A stretch of 64,000 bases of DNA from Prochlorococcus sp. AG-347-J06 (GCA_003281525.1 QCBT01000004.1:1618-65617); one strand, 5' to 3'; shown: positions 22,512 through 34,931, numbered from the stretch's first letter. Translations and numbers: made by a program. Notes: generated by a model not told the origin, from the letters alone.

Positions 22512-23435
22512 ATGAAATTTCTATTCGTGATAGATCCAATAAAAAATATAAATCCCTTAAAAGATTCAACTGCTGCTTTAATGCAAGCATCATCAAAAAA
22601 AAATATTGAAATCTGGAGTTGTACTCCTCAGGACCTTGAAGCCAGAGGTGATGAAGTATGGGCATCTTCCGTAAAAGTTGAAGTAAATCCGTGGATTTCT
22701 TTCAAAGATAATGATTGCATACCTCTCGCCGAATTTAATTGCATTTGGATGAGAAAAGATCCTCCTGTAAATGAGGCATATTTATATGCAACCCATCTTT
22801 TAGAAGTTGCCGAAAGAAAAGGAGTAAAAGTAATCAACAAACCTTCATCGTTAAGAGCATGGAATGAAAAGCTAGGTGCTTTGAGATACAGCCACTTAAT
22901 GGCACCTACAATAGTTGCGAGTAAGGTAAAAGATCTTATTAATTTTGCAAATATAAATAATGAAGTAGTAATAAAACCTCTTGGAGGAAAAGGTGGTCAA
23001 GGTGTAATAAGGATAAATAAAAATTCTCAAGGTATTAAATCAATCATTGAATTAATCACTTCTCAAGAAGAGTTACCCGTTATGATGCAAAAATTTATTC
23101 CTGAAGTCATAGAGGGTGATAAAAGAATAATTATCGTAAACGGTGAAGCAATTGGATCAATAAATAGGATTCCTCAAGGAGGCGATTTTAGGAGTAATTT
23201 AGCAATGGGAGGAAAGGCTGAACCAACATTATTAACAGAAAAAGAAAAAAATATCTGCTCAGAATTATCTCAACACTTCAAAGATGAAGGTTTATTTTTT
23301 GTAGGTATTGATGTAATAAATGGAATGCTTAGCGAAATCAATGTAACCAGTCCAACAGGTTTAAGAGAAATAGAAAATTTATCCAATAAGAATGTTTCAG
23401 AGGAAGTTATTGAAAAATTAGTGGAAATTATCTAG
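22512..23435 (+). CDS. gshB: Glutathione synthetase
   Basis: [27 protein letters not shown]. Confidence 0.97.
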   Translation: MKFLFVIDPIKNINPLKDSTAALMQASSKKNIEIWSCTPQDLEARGDEVWASSVKVEVNPWISFKDNDCIPLAEFNCIWMRKDPPVNEAYLYATHLLEVAERKGVKVINKPSSLRAWNEKLGALRYSHLMAPTIVASKVKDLINFANINNEVVIKPLGGKGGQGVIRINKNSQGIKSIIELITSQEELPVMMQKFIPEVIEGDKRIIIVNGEAIGSINRIPQGGDFRSNLAMGGKAEPTLLTEKEKNICSELSQHFKDEGLFFVGIDVINGMLSEINVTSPTGLREIENLSNKNVSEEVIEKLVEII

Positions 23436-24840
23436 GATTTTTAACAAAAAATATTTGTTTTACTATAGATTCAAATTTTAATTTAATCTCATCTATTTCT
23501 TTTTCTAAAACGGAGCCTGAAACTATACCTGAACCGGCAGTAAATTCAATATTTTCTTCAATATACCTAGCTCCTCTTATTGCTAAAAGAAATGAAGCAT
23601 TTCCTGATGAATCAACCCAACCCATTGGAGAAGCATAATTTCCTCTAGGAAAAGACTCAAGAGTGTTTATCCAATCCAATGCTGCTTTTTTTGGGTAACC
23701 ACAAACAGCCGGAGATGGATGTAAGTTTTTAAGCAATTCAAAAGGACATATATTTTCAACTTTAGAGAAAATGAGTGTTTGCAAATGAGAAATATCTCCA
23801 AATGAATTTACCTTAATATCACTTTTTTTAAAGTTTGTTATTTTTGAAACTTCTAAACATTTAATCAAATACTGTGTTACGTATTTATGTTCCTTTAAGT
23901 CTTTTGTACTTTTTAGGAGTTTCTTAAAATTTGAATTAGTAGAGATAGTTCCAGCAAGAGCCTCCAAAGTTAAATTAGGTTTAGTAAAAGAAAATAATTT
24001 TTCTGGAGATGCTCCAAACAAAATATCCTTACTATTTCTTTTCCAAACGTATCTACATGTATTTGGATGATTCTTTTTTAATCTTTTTAAAATTTCTACT
24101 AAATCTAATTTATTTTTAAATTTTATTTTAATCCTATTCGCTAAAACTATCTTTTCGAGAATACCTTTTTCTACTAATTGAATTCCTCTATTTACTACTT
24201 TTTTCAAACTTGTACTAGAAGTTTCTAAGGAGTACAAGAAATCATCAATAATAGGTAAATCAAAACTAGTTTTTAAGCAAGATGATTTTATTAATTCTGA
24301 GCCAGAATTAATAACTTGATTTCTAATTGTCCAAATTTCTTCAATTAATGTTCTTAATGATGATTTACCTTCAACATGACCATTGATTCTTAACCAGCAA
24401 TTCTCATTACTTTTAATAATTAATATTTTTGGTAAAATAGCTTCCAAACTTGGGACATTAGAAGATAAATTCTTATTATTCAAGTTTTCAGAAAAAGAAA
24501 ATAAATAAATTATTTTTGAAAGTGCAGAATTATGTGATTCATTAGTTAAGTTAATTAAATTTTTAAAATTCTCAGAATTAAACTCTTTTGCCACCTCAAA
24601 TCTTTTTGGACCATCAAGAGTAACATATTTACACTTCTCGAAGGCTATATATGAAATGCCATCAGATTCCTCCCAAAATGAAGAAAATGAATATTTATTT
24701 ATTAACAATTCATAAACTTGAAATAAATCAATACAAGGAATCTCAACACAAATACTTACTAATCCAGAATTTTCAACTTTCTTATCGAAAGAGGAAAATA
24801 CATCTTTTAAAAAATCTGTTAAGTTTAAATCATTTTTCAT
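23428..24840 (-). CDS. menF: Isochorismate synthase
   Basis: [37 protein letters not shown]; divergent from menA. Confidence 0.92.
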   Translation of the reverse strand: MKNDLNLTDFLKDVFSSFDKKVENSGLVSICVEIPCIDLFQVYELLINKYSFSSFWEESDGISYIAFEKCKYVTLDGPKRFEVAKEFNSENFKNLINLTNESHNSALSKIIYLFSFSENLNNKNLSSNVPSLEAILPKILIIKSNENCWLRINGHVEGKSSLRTLIEEIWTIRNQVINSGSELIKSSCLKTSFDLPIIDDFLYSLETSSTSLKKVVNRGIQLVEKGILEKIVLANRIKIKFKNKLDLVEILKRLKKNHPNTCRYVWKRNSKDILFGASPEKLFSFTKPNLTLEALAGTISTNSNFKKLLKSTKDLKEHKYVTQYLIKCLEVSKITNFKKSDIKVNSFGDISHLQTLIFSKVENICPFELLKNLHPSPAVCGYPKKAALDWINTLESFPRGNYASPMGWVDSSGNASFLLAIRGARYIEENIEFTAGSGIVSGSVLEKEIDEIKLKFESIVKQIFFVKNPR

Positions 24841-24941
24841 TACTTATTGAAAATAACTAAAAATCATGCAATAAAGTAAAAAATGTAACTCAATTTATAA
24901 ACTACATTTAATAATTATCTAATTTTGTGTGTTAATTAAAA

Positions 24942-25859
24942 ATGGACGAAGATAAAAAAAAATTATGGAAACAAGCAATAAAATGGCCTCTTTATTCTGT
25001 TGCCATACTTCCAGTTTTAATAACAGGGGCTTATTTACTCAATCAATATGAAAAGGTAAAAATTTATAATCTGATTGCATTTACTTTAGCTGCAATTTTC
25101 ATATTACTTTGGGAAAATCTAACTAATGATTTATTCGACGCAGAAACAGGAATCGATGAATTTAAATTCCATTCAATTGTAAATCTTGTAAAAAATAAAA
25201 AAATAATTTCATTTATTGCATATACATCTTTAGTTATTGGTTTGTTAATAATTTCAATTATTTCAGTATCAACAAGTATAAACATTTTGATTTTGGTGGC
25301 AGCTTGCTGCTTCTTAGGATATTTATATCAAGGACCTCCTTTTAGATTTGGCTATCATGGTTTAGGAGAACCATTATGCTGGCTTGCATTTGGACCTTTT
25401 GCTTACTCTGCAGTCTTAATTGCGTTAAATCCATCTAATATTTTCTTTGAAGATATTCCCTGGAAAGTTTCTTTATTACTTGGTTCAGGACCTTCCTTGG
25501 CAACAACTCTTGTATTATTTTGTTCTCATTTTCATCAAATTTCTGAAGATAAAAAGCATGGGAAAAATTCACCTTTAGTTCGCTTAGGGGCAAAAAAAGG
25601 TTCTCAATTTGTACCTTGGATAATTTTTACAATATATATTTTTCAACTTTTCACTATAGTTAATGGATTTATTCCAGTTTTTTGTATCCTTTATTTAATT
25701 AGTTTTCCTCAAGCAATAAGACTTATAAATTTATTAAGATCTTCATATAAAAAACCTAGTGCAATAAAACATTGTAAATTCATCGCAATAAAATTTCAAA
25801 CTCTTAATGGAGTTGGCTTAATCACAGGATTAATATTTAATTACTTGCTTAATAAATGA
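24942..25859 (+). CDS. menA: DHNA phytyltransferase (UbiA family)
   Basis: W..AIKWPLYSVA, NDLFD..TGID, YQGPPFR.GY.GLGE. Confidence 0.93.
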   Translation: MDEDKKKLWKQAIKWPLYSVAILPVLITGAYLLNQYEKVKIYNLIAFTLAAIFILLWENLTNDLFDAETGIDEFKFHSIVNLVKNKKIISFIAYTSLVIGLLIISIISVSTSINILILVAACCFLGYLYQGPPFRFGYHGLGEPLCWLAFGPFAYSAVLIALNPSNIFFEDIPWKVSLLLGSGPSLATTLVLFCSHFHQISEDKKHGKNSPLVRLGAKKGSQFVPWIIFTIYIFQLFTIVNGFIPVFCILYLISFPQAIRLINLLRSSYKKPSAIKHCKFIAIKFQTLNGVGLITGLIFNYLLNK

Positions 25860-26821
25860 ACTTAATATTCCAAAAAAAATCTTATAGCTTTAAGTTATCC
25901 GCCAAAGTAGAAAATTCTAAAATCACTTACCATACAAAATCGGGTTGGATAATTAAATTAACAAGTAATGATAAAAAAATTGGGTTTGGAGAAGTTTCAC
26001 CGCTTCATAAAGAAGACTTAAAAAAGTGTGCGAAACAACTAGATATGATCCCTTCGTATATAGAACTATTTAATTTATCTGAGCAAATAAATCTTTTTCA
26101 CCCATGCATTCAATCTGCAATAAATTCTGCATTAGCCGAAATAAATGGAAAAATAATTTTTAAAGAAAACTACCACTTTGATAAAATTGATAAAACAGCC
26201 ATATTGTTAAATCATGAAAATGTAGTTTCAGATCTAAATGAAATTAAAAAAAGACAATCTGATATTGGGAAATCATTAACCATAAAATGGAAAGTAGCAT
26301 TAAAAAATAATCATGAGGAAGAAGAAAGTTTAGAAGAAATTTTAAGCCAAATAGGGAATAATATTAAGTTAAGAATAGATGCTAATGGTTCTTGGGGAAG
26401 AGAGATAGCTAATAGATGGGCTGATATTTTGAAGGATAACAAAAATCTAGATTGGCTAGAACAACCTCTCTGTGTTGATGATATTGATGGACTGACAGAA
26501 CTAAACAAAAAAATCCCTATAGCCTTAGACGAATCACTTTTAAAATTTCCAAATTTGATTGATGAGTGGAAAGGTTGGCAAATTAGAAGGCCTTCTCAAG
26601 AAAATAATCCAATTAAGCTTTTAAGAGAATTAGAAAATAAAAAAGCTTTAATATCTATAAGTACCTCATTTGAAACTGGTATAGGGAAAAGATGGCTTTA
26701 TCATTTATCGTCTCTACAATTACAAGGACCAACTCCAAAAGTTCCTGGTTTAGCAATTAATAAATTCCCTAATTCTTTTCTATTTTTAAATGAAGCAAAA
26801 AAGATATGGGATCAACTATGA
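25856..26821 (+). CDS. menC: o-Succinylbenzoate synthase
   Basis: GFGEVSPL, KWK, RIDANG, EQP, ALDES enolase-superfamily motifs. Confidence 0.9.
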   Translation: MNLIFQKKSYSFKLSAKVENSKITYHTKSGWIIKLTSNDKKIGFGEVSPLHKEDLKKCAKQLDMIPSYIELFNLSEQINLFHPCIQSAINSALAEINGKIIFKENYHFDKIDKTAILLNHENVVSDLNEIKKRQSDIGKSLTIKWKVALKNNHEEEESLEEILSQIGNNIKLRIDANGSWGREIANRWADILKDNKNLDWLEQPLCVDDIDGLTELNKKIPIALDESLLKFPNLIDEWKGWQIRRPSQENNPIKLLRELENKKALISISTSFETGIGKRWLYHLSSLQLQGPTPKVPGLAINKFPNSFLFLNEAKKIWDQL

Positions 26822-28020
26822 AAAATAAAATTCATACTATTGAAGTTGAAAATAACGAAACTCAATCTGTAGAGAAAATTATTGAAAAAATTAGAGAGAA
26901 AAAAATTATTTATGTAAAAAACAAATTTTATCAAGACAAAGATGTATTAGATTCAATTATTGAAAATGGTCCGGCAATTATCTTAAACAGTAGTGGGAGT
27001 ACAGGAAAACCGAGAAAATGTTTTCACCATTTAGATAATCTTAAATTATCTGCAGCTACATCAGGTCAATGGCTAATAGAGCAAGGATTTGAATTGCAAA
27101 ACTGTTTAATTTTAAATACTTTACCCCTGAACCATATAAGTGGATTAATGCCAATTTTTAGAAGTCAAACTTGGGGATGTGATTGTATTAATATTTCTCC
27201 GAATTTGATAAAAAAAACTCGAGAACTTTTACTTTTTACAATTAAATTTAAAAAAAACAAAAAACACTTGATTACGTCATTAGTACCTACCCAATTACAA
27301 AGACTTTTAGCTGAAAAAGATGGAATTAGTTGGCTAAAAATTTTTGATCTAATTTGGGTAGGTGGAGCTTCAATTTCAGACGAAACTGCAGAACAATGTA
27401 TAAAAGAAAAAATAAAATTAGCACCTTGTTACGGCTCAACTGAAACAGCAGCAATGGTTACGAGTTTAAAACCAAAAGAATTCTTAATGGGTTTTAAAAA
27501 TGTTGGAGAAATACTACATGATACAAAAATAAGAATTAACGCACAAGGATTAATCGAGATAAAATCAGCCAGAATTGGAGTCGAAATAATAGACTCTTTA
27601 AAAACTAAAAATTTCAAAAATAAAAATGGGTGGTGGCAAACAGGTGATTTAGGTGAAATTTATCAAATCAATAATTCTTTCTATTTAAACATTATTGGAA
27701 GAAGTGATAATGCCTTTAATTCAGGAGGAGAAATCGTTTTCCCTGAAGTAATTGAATCTAGATTAAATGATTTCATTATGAAAGAAAATATCCCAATTAA
27801 TAAATTCAATATTTCAAAAGTATCTAACAAATTATGGGGAAATAAAATTAAAGTAATAGTTGAATTTAAAGAACTTACAAATAATAAAAATATTGAAATT
27901 TCTTTAAATTTATTAAAAAAATTTTCTCAAAATTGGCCTAAACATGAAAAGCCTGAAAAGTGGATTGTTAAAAACAAAAATAGTATTACAGAAAAAATAA
28001 ACTATAAATTTAAAAAATAA
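26818..28020 (+). CDS. menE: o-Succinylbenzoate--CoA ligase
   Basis: SSGSTGKPR, YGSTET, TGDLG, GR.D..FNSGGE; start placed at ATGA overlap with menC (track start 26806). Confidence 0.88.
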   Translation: MKNKIHTIEVENNETQSVEKIIEKIREKKIIYVKNKFYQDKDVLDSIIENGPAIILNSSGSTGKPRKCFHHLDNLKLSAATSGQWLIEQGFELQNCLILNTLPLNHISGLMPIFRSQTWGCDCINISPNLIKKTRELLLFTIKFKKNKKHLITSLVPTQLQRLLAEKDGISWLKIFDLIWVGGASISDETAEQCIKEKIKLAPCYGSTETAAMVTSLKPKEFLMGFKNVGEILHDTKIRINAQGLIEIKSARIGVEIIDSLKTKNFKNKNGWWQTGDLGEIYQINNSFYLNIIGRSDNAFNSGGEIVFPEVIESRLNDFIMKENIPINKFNISKVSNKLWGNKIKVIVEFKELTNNKNIEISLNLLKKFSQNWPKHEKPEKWIVKNKNSITEKINYKFKK

Positions 28021-28023
28021 TAA

Positions 28024-28476
<453 letters not shown>

Positions 28477-28485
28477 TTAAAGAAA

Positions 28486-29673
28486 TTATCTATCAACAGA
28501 TCCCATAATGACATCTATTGAACCAAGGATTGCCATGATATCAGCGATTTTGGCACCTTTAAGAATATGAGGCAATATTTGAAGATTATTTAAATCAGCT
28601 GCTCTGATTTTAAATCTCCATGGGGTAACTTCATTATTTCCTTGAATAAATACACCTATTTCTCCTTTGCCAGACTCTAATCTTGTATATAATTCTCCGT
28701 TAGGAATTTTAAAAGTTGGAGCAACCTTCTTAGCTACATATTGATAGTCAATACCAAATATTTCACTTTTCTTATCTTCAGTCGCCATTCTTTTAGCTTC
28801 TAAATTTTCTGTTGGACCTCCTGGAATCATTTTGCAGGCTTGGCGAATGATGCTTAGTGATTGTCTCATTTCTTCAACTCTTACTCGATATCTCGCATAA
28901 CAATCACCTTCTTTTTCTGAAGCAATCTGCCAATCAAAATCATCGTAACATTCATAACTATCGACTTTCCTTAAATCCCAGGAAACTCCAGAAGCTCTAA
29001 GCATTGGCCCAGACAAAGACCAATTAATTGCCTGGTCTCTTTGTATTGTTCCTAGACCTTCAATTCTTTTTCTAAAAATTGGATTATTTGTAATTAATTT
29101 TTCGTATTCATCTATCTTAGGACCAAACCAATCGCAAAAGTCTATACATTTTTCTAACCATCCGTATGGGAGATCACATGCGACACCGCCTATCCTAAAG
29201 AAATTATTATTTATTAACCTTTGTCCAGTAGCAGCTTCCCAGAGATCATAGATCATTTCTCTTTCTCTAAAAATATAGAAAAATGGAGTTTGAGCTCCTA
29301 CGTCTGCTAAAAAGGGACCAAGCCATAAAAGATGATTAGCAATACGATTAAGTTCGAGCATAAGAACTCTGATGTAACTAGCTCTTTTGGGAACTGGAAT
29401 ATTAGCTAATCTTTCAGGAGCATTTACTACAATAGCTTCATAAAACATTCCTGCTGCATAATCCATTCTGCTTACATAAGGGACATACATTACATTTGTT
29501 CTATTTTCAGCTATCTTTTCCATTCCTCTATGTAAATATCCAATTACTGGCTCACAATCAATGACATTCTCACCATCAAGAGTTACAACTAACCTTAAAA
29601 CCCCATGCATTGAAGGATGGTGAGGGCCAAAATTGACCACCATTGGTTCTGTTCTAGTCTCTAGCTGAGCCAT
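28486..29673 (-). CDS. ndhH: NDH-1 subunit H
   Basis: [25 protein letters not shown]-terminal GSVDR. Confidence 0.99.
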   Translation of the reverse strand: MAQLETRTEPMVVNFGPHHPSMHGVLRLVVTLDGENVIDCEPVIGYLHRGMEKIAENRTNVMYVPYVSRMDYAAGMFYEAIVVNAPERLANIPVPKRASYIRVLMLELNRIANHLLWLGPFLADVGAQTPFFYIFREREMIYDLWEAATGQRLINNNFFRIGGVACDLPYGWLEKCIDFCDWFGPKIDEYEKLITNNPIFRKRIEGLGTIQRDQAINWSLSGPMLRASGVSWDLRKVDSYECYDDFDWQIASEKEGDCYARYRVRVEEMRQSLSIIRQACKMIPGGPTENLEAKRMATEDKKSEIFGIDYQYVAKKVAPTFKIPNGELYTRLESGKGEIGVFIQGNNEVTPWRFKIRAADLNNLQILPHILKGAKIADIMAILGSIDVIMGSVDR

Positions 29674-29711
29674 TCGAAATTTAACTTCTAAACAAATCTT
29701 AGTCGAAAGTT

Positions 29712-30614
29712 ATGCAAACTGACCTATCTGATTCATCTTTTTTCAATCATAAATCAGTTATGACAGATGAAATTATGGCCTCATTAGAGCATTACCCACT
29801 TATACATAACAATCAACTTAAGGGAATAGACGCAACTTTAGGCGGAGGCGGGCACTCTTATCATTTATTGAGAAAATATTCGGATTTAAATATAATTGGA
29901 CTTGATCAAGATCCATTCGCAAGAAAATCAGCCTTAAAAAAACTTGATGAGTTTAAAAGTAGGATTGATATAAGGGCTTCAAATTTTGCGGATTTTGTAC
30001 CAAAAGAAAAAGTTTCTTTTGTGATTGCAGATCTTGGAGTAAATAGTAACCAACTTGATGACCCTAAAAGAGGATTTAGTTTCCAAAAAGATGGTCCGCT
30101 TGATATGCGCATGAATCCTTTGCTTGATGTTGATGCAGAGGAATTAATTGAAGTTTTAAATGAAAAAGATCTAGCTAACCTAATCTATAAATATGGAGAT
30201 GAGAGATTATCAAGAAAGATTGCTAGGAAAATAAAATTAGATTTGAAGGAAAATGGAAAATATTCTGGGACAAAAGAGTTAGCTTACTCTATTGCAGGCT
30301 GCTTCCCACCAAAACAAAGATATAAAAAAATACATCCAGCAACAAGAACATTTCAAGCACTAAGAATTGCTGTTAATAAAGAAATTGAAGTATTAGAAAA
30401 ATTTTTGCAAGTTGTACCTGAATGGCTTTTGCCAGGGGGTATTATTTCTGTTATTAGTTTTCATTCTCTTGAGGATAGGTTAGTTAAAAGTTGTTTTAAG
30501 AATGATCAAAGACTAAAAAACCTAACAAAAAAGCCAATAACTCCTTCCGAAGAAGAAGTCGAACTTAATAAAAGAGCTAGAAGTGGAAAATTAAGAATTG
30601 CTCAATTAAGTTAA
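29712..30614 (+). CDS. rsmH: 16S rRNA m4C1402 methyltransferase
   Basis: DATLGGGGH, DLGV, GPLDMRM, HPATRTFQALRIAVN, SFHSLED. Confidence 0.98.
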   Translation: MQTDLSDSSFFNHKSVMTDEIMASLEHYPLIHNNQLKGIDATLGGGGHSYHLLRKYSDLNIIGLDQDPFARKSALKKLDEFKSRIDIRASNFADFVPKEKVSFVIADLGVNSNQLDDPKRGFSFQKDGPLDMRMNPLLDVDAEELIEVLNEKDLANLIYKYGDERLSRKIARKIKLDLKENGKYSGTKELAYSIAGCFPPKQRYKKIHPATRTFQALRIAVNKEIEVLEKFLQVVPEWLLPGGIISVISFHSLEDRLVKSCFKNDQRLKNLTKKPITPSEEEVELNKRARSGKLRIAQLS

Positions 30615-30627
30615 AAGCCAATAATTT

Positions 30628-31773
30628 CTATCGTAATGATCTGATTGTATTTGTAAGAATATGAATTGCTTGTTTTATATCTTTTGAATTAGTACTTAAT
30701 CCAATACTTAACCTTATTGAAGATTCTGCTTCTTTCAGAGATCTACCTAAGGCTAGTAAGACATGAGATGGTTCACCACTACTACATGCAGATCCAGTAG
30801 AACAAATTATTTTAGATTTTAAAAGTTTATGAAACTTTGCTCCGTTTAAATCCAATACAGTCAAATTTAAATTGTGAGGTAATCTTTTTTCTATGGAGCC
30901 ATTAATTAATAAACCAGAATTATTTTTTAACAACCCCTCTAAAAGGTTATTTCTATAAAAAAGTAATTTCTCAGCATTATTTTTTTGATTAAGAACTGCT
31001 ATCTCTATTGCTTTAGCAAAGCCAACTACTAGAGGAAGAGGTAATGTGCCAGACCTAAGACCATATTCCTGACCTCCTCCAACAATTAAAGGCTCAAGAT
31101 TAATTTCTTCATCAATCAAAAGAAGTCCTATCCCTTTAGGACCATATATTTTGTGAGAACTAATCGTTATCATATTTACGTCTGATAAAAGATTGTCTAA
31201 CTCGATATAACCTAAACATTGTGCGAAATCAGAGTGCAAAGTTATTCCCCTCGATTTACATATCTTTGAAATATTCTCTAGAGGCTGAATAACTCCAATT
31301 TCGTTATTTGCCAACATGACACTAACCAGAAATGTATCTTCTCTTATATTTTTTTTGAATTGTTCTTCTGAAATTAAGCCATCTTTCTCAGGATTAATTT
31401 CTGTAACCATAAATCCCTCTTTTTTAAGTTGGTTAAGGGGCTCCAAAACAGCTTTATGCTCTGTTTTTAAGGTAATAATATGTCCATAATTTCCTGTTTT
31501 TTTATAAAAATTTCTAGCAAAACCTAATAAGGCTAAGTTATTAGATTCAGTTGCCCCGCTTGTAAAAATAACTTTTTTATTCTTAAGAAATAAACTTTGT
31601 TCTATTTTTTCTCTTGAGGCTTCCAATATAGCGCTTGCGTTAATCCCCGCCAAATTAGATTTATTTGCAGGGTTAGAAAATATCTCACTCCAAAAAGGTT
31701 TCATAGAATCAACGACATCTTTAGAGCAAGGAGTCGAAGATTGATAGTCTAGTAGTATGGGAGTTGATAGCAT
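30628..31773 (-). CDS. iscS: Cysteine desulfurase (IscS/NifS group I)
   Basis: FTSGATESNN, SSHKIYGPKG, RSGT, STGSACSS. Confidence 0.9.
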   Translation of the reverse strand: MLSTPILLDYQSSTPCSKDVVDSMKPFWSEIFSNPANKSNLAGINASAILEASREKIEQSLFLKNKKVIFTSGATESNNLALLGFARNFYKKTGNYGHIITLKTEHKAVLEPLNQLKKEGFMVTEINPEKDGLISEEQFKKNIREDTFLVSVMLANNEIGVIQPLENISKICKSRGITLHSDFAQCLGYIELDNLLSDVNMITISSHKIYGPKGIGLLLIDEEINLEPLIVGGGQEYGLRSGTLPLPLVVGFAKAIEIAVLNQKNNAEKLLFYRNNLLEGLLKNNSGLLINGSIEKRLPHNLNLTVLDLNGAKFHKLLKSKIICSTGSACSSGEPSHVLLALGRSLKEAESSIRLSIGLSTNSKDIKQAIHILTNTIRSLR

Positions 31774-31832
31774 TATGTTTAGTATATAAAATTCTATTTA
31801 TTACTAGAAAATCAAATTAAAGAATTAAAAAA

Positions 31833-32561
31833 ATGAATGAAATTAATCTAATAAATAATGAACCTATAAGAAAATCAAGAATTTTATTAGTTGATGATGA
31901 GCCTGGTTTAAGAACAGCGGTTAAAACATTTCTAGAAGATGAAGGCTTTGAAATATTTATTGCAGTTGATGGAGAGGATGGTTGGGAAAAAGCTCAAACA
32001 GTCTTTCCCGATTTGATAATTAGCGATGTTATGATGCCTCGAGCCAACGGTTATGCTTTATTAGAAAAAATTAGAGAGGATGAAAAATTAGGAGGAACTC
32101 CAGTTATTTTTCTTACTGCAAAAGGAATGACCCTAGACAGAACAGAAGGTTATCTTGCAGGAGTTGATGATTATATTTCCAAACCTTTCGATCCCGATGA
32201 ATTGGCTGCAAGAGTCAAAAATGTAATCAACAGACAAGAACGCTTATTAAAAGAAGCGGCACGATTCGCAGATATTGACGTAAGCAAAATGGCAAAACAA
32301 ATTACTGAAATAAAATCTATGCTCACAGACCAAAACCAGACTAATCCAGAAAATAAAATAAATCTTCCTAGTTTTACTCCAAGAGAAGCAAGTGTACTTC
32401 AACTAGTAGCAGAGGGGCTGATGAACAAGGAAATTGCAAGGCAGCTTGAAACATCTATTAGAAATGTTGAGAAATATGTAAGTAGACTTTTTATTAAGAC
32501 AGGTACGTCTAGCAGAACCGAATTAGTTCGTTATGCACTTGAAAATCATTTAGTAAAATGA
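31833..32561 (+). CDS. NarL/LuxR-family response regulator (Ycf29-like)
   Basis: Receiver LLVDD..DVMMP..KPF plus LuxR HTH (FTPRE..GLMNKEIA). Confidence 0.92.
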   Translation: MNEINLINNEPIRKSRILLVDDEPGLRTAVKTFLEDEGFEIFIAVDGEDGWEKAQTVFPDLIISDVMMPRANGYALLEKIREDEKLGGTPVIFLTAKGMTLDRTEGYLAGVDDYISKPFDPDELAARVKNVINRQERLLKEAARFADIDVSKMAKQITEIKSMLTDQNQTNPENKINLPSFTPREASVLQLVAEGLMNKEIARQLETSIRNVEKYVSRLFIKTGTSSRTELVRYALENHLVK

Positions 32562-32565
32562 ACTA

Positions 32566-33264
32566 TTAAATTTTTTCGAATTCAATTAGTTTTGAAAAAT
32601 AAAAAGGAGCTTGATTTAATTTCTTTTTAACCACTTTAAATCCTTTTTCTTTTGCAGCATTAATAATACCCTTTTCTTTCAATGTATATGCTCTTGTAGT
32701 TTTACTTGGCCCAGGAAATAATTTCCCAATATTTTTTAGAACAGCAAGAACTGGAGTATAAGGAGCAAAGCTAACGATTAGTTTTTCTTTGCTTAAATCG
32801 CATAGATGTTGAACCATTTCTTCTGCGACCGGTTGAGGATAATGAATAAATACATCCAAACAAACTACAACATCAAATAATCCTTTTAATTTTTCCAGAT
32901 CACAGACTTCATATTTGATTTTAACTTGATTCAAACCTAATTGATTAATGCGTTTCTTTGTTTCTTTAATCATTTCAGAAGAAATATCGCTCACCTGTAG
33001 TTCTTTTATACCAAGTCTTAGTAAAGGTATGGAAAGACTTCCTACACCACAGCCTGCATCACAATAACTTTTTTTTGTTAGTTCAGGATAATTTTTGATA
33101 TACGAGACTACATCATCTACAGTTTTTTGATGACCTTTCCTAATATTTTTCTGAACTGTATTAATTTCATCAGATTTGCTATAAATTTTATTCCATCTTT
33201 CAAAGCCAGTACCATTAAAATACTCCCTAACTTCACTTTTTTCGATAATTTTATTTGACGTCAT
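32566..33264 (-). CDS. chlM: Mg-protoporphyrin IX methyltransferase
   Basis: YFNGTGFERWNKIY, DAGCGVG, CLDVFIHYP, TRAY; start placed at ATG 33264 (track 33324). Confidence 0.95.
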   Translation of the reverse strand: MTSNKIIEKSEVREYFNGTGFERWNKIYSKSDEINTVQKNIRKGHQKTVDDVVSYIKNYPELTKKSYCDAGCGVGSLSIPLLRLGIKELQVSDISSEMIKETKKRINQLGLNQVKIKYEVCDLEKLKGLFDVVVCLDVFIHYPQPVAEEMVQHLCDLSKEKLIVSFAPYTPVLAVLKNIGKLFPGPSKTTRAYTLKEKGIINAAKEKGFKVVKKKLNQAPFYFSKLIEFEKI

Positions 33265-33354
33265 AATATTCTTTGAAAAATTTATTCTTTTTATACTAAC
33301 TAACTGGCGCCAAATTAATTGCACGCCATTATAGGAAAGAATTGATTTGTTATT

Positions 33355-33891
33355 TTGTCAGAATTGAATTCTAAAGATATTTATAAAATTGCTGTCGTGA
33401 TGGGTAGTGATTCAGATCTTAAAACATTGAAACCAGCTATTGATATTTTAAAAGAATTTGGAATAAAAACTGAAGTTTGTATACTTTCTGCTCATCGAAC
33501 ACCTATTGAAATGATGGAATATGCAAAAAATGCAGAATCAGAAAACATAAAAGTAATTATTGCCGGTGCTGGTGGTGCTGCTCATCTTCCAGGAATGCTG
33601 GCATCTGTAACTTGTATTCCTATTATTGGAGTACCAGTAGAGAGTAAGACACTTAAGGGGATTGATTCTCTTTTATCAATCGTTCAAATGCCCGCTGGGA
33701 TTCCAGTTGCAACAGTTGCAATTAATGGAGCTCAGAATGCTGGATTATTAGCAATAGAGATGATCAGTTTATTTGATGCATCCATAAAGAAAACTTTAAA
33801 AGAATTCAGAGAAAATCTACATACACAGGTAAGAACTAAAAATAGTAAGTTATCAACTATTGGACCTGATAATTATCTTCAAAATAAATGA
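33355..33891 (+). CDS. purE: N5-CAIR mutase
   Basis: MGSDSD, SAHRTP, AGGAAHLPG, VQMPAGIPVATV. Confidence 0.98.
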   Translation: MSELNSKDIYKIAVVMGSDSDLKTLKPAIDILKEFGIKTEVCILSAHRTPIEMMEYAKNAESENIKVIIAGAGGAAHLPGMLASVTCIPIIGVPVESKTLKGIDSLLSIVQMPAGIPVATVAINGAQNAGLLAIEMISLFDASIKKTLKEFRENLHTQVRTKNSKLSTIGPDNYLQNK

Positions 33892-33905
33892 AGTAATATT
33901 TTTTA

Positions 33906-34544
33906 TTAGGCCTTTTTAAGAAAGTTTTCTTTTTTAAGGTAGTTAATAACTTTCTCAACGGAATCATTTAAATCTAACGAACCTGTATCAACAACAATTT
34001 CGGGATTATGAGGAGCTTCATATGGACTAGAAATCCCTGTAAATTCCTTAATTTCGCCCAAACGAGCTTTCTTATAAAGACCTTTAGTATCCCTATTCTC
34101 ACAAACTGTGATATCTGCAGCACAATAAACTTCAATAAAATCTTTAGATCCAATAATTTTTCTGACTTTATCTCTATCGCTAATAAATGGTGAAACGAAT
34201 GCTGTAATAGTTATTATCCCAGCATTCATAAATAGATTCGCAACTTCTCCAATTCTTCTTATATTTTCTTCTCTATCTTCATCAGAAAACCCAAGATCTT
34301 TGCATAAACCGTGTCTAATATTATCTCCATCCAACACGTAAGTCGAAAAACCATCTAAGTGTAAAACTTCATTTAAAGCGTTAGCTAAAGTACTTTTACC
34401 AGAGCCAGATAAACCTGTAAACCATATAACCATACCTTTATGACCTCTCATTTTTTCTAACTTTTCTCTATTAATAGTTAAATTGTGCCACTTTATATTG
34501 GTTGACTTTGTTTGATCTTGTTCTTTCATTGTTTGGACTATCAA
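33906..34544 (-). CDS. cysC: Adenylyl-sulfate kinase
   Basis: WFTGLSGSGKST, LDGDNIRHGL, FTGISSPYE; true start may be a few codons downstream. Confidence 0.98.
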   Translation of the reverse strand: MIVQTMKEQDQTKSTNIKWHNLTINREKLEKMRGHKGMVIWFTGLSGSGKSTLANALNEVLHLDGFSTYVLDGDNIRHGLCKDLGFSDEDREENIRRIGEVANLFMNAGIITITAFVSPFISDRDKVRKIIGSKDFIEVYCAADITVCENRDTKGLYKKARLGEIKEFTGISSPYEAPHNPEIVVDTGSLDLNDSVEKVINYLKKENFLKKA

Positions 34545-34571
34545 AATTAAAAACCTATCCTAACCCTTGCT

Positions 34572-34892
34572 TCATAAATTATGAAATCCCTCTTTACGAA
34601 GAAACTCAATTGATTTCGATACCATATCACCCTGTAACTGGATATTTCTATCAATCAATGTTCCTCCAGTCCCACAAAAAACTTTAATTTTTTTTAGTAA
34701 TTCTTTTAATAAGATTTCATCCTCAGCGCCTAAACCTCGAATTAAAGTTACAGTCTTTCCCTTTTTACCTTTTTTTTGTTTTGAAATATTTATTTTTAAT
34801 TTTTTATTAATAGTATCTACTTTAGCTGTTTCTTCTGATTTTTTTTCTTGATTATCAAATTCGATCCAATTCTTTTTTCCCATTATTTTCAA
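34572..34892 (-). CDS. SUI1/YciH translation initiation factor family
   Basis: GKKGKTVTLI, CGTGGT, IQLQGD. Confidence 0.9.
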   Translation of the reverse strand: MKIMGKKNWIEFDNQEKKSEETAKVDTINKKLKINISKQKKGKKGKTVTLIRGLGAEDEILLKELLKKIKVFCGTGGTLIDRNIQLQGDMVSKSIEFLRKEGFHNL

Positions 34893-34931
34893 TATAATCT
34901 ATAGTTAGTTAATACTTATTCTATAGAAAAA

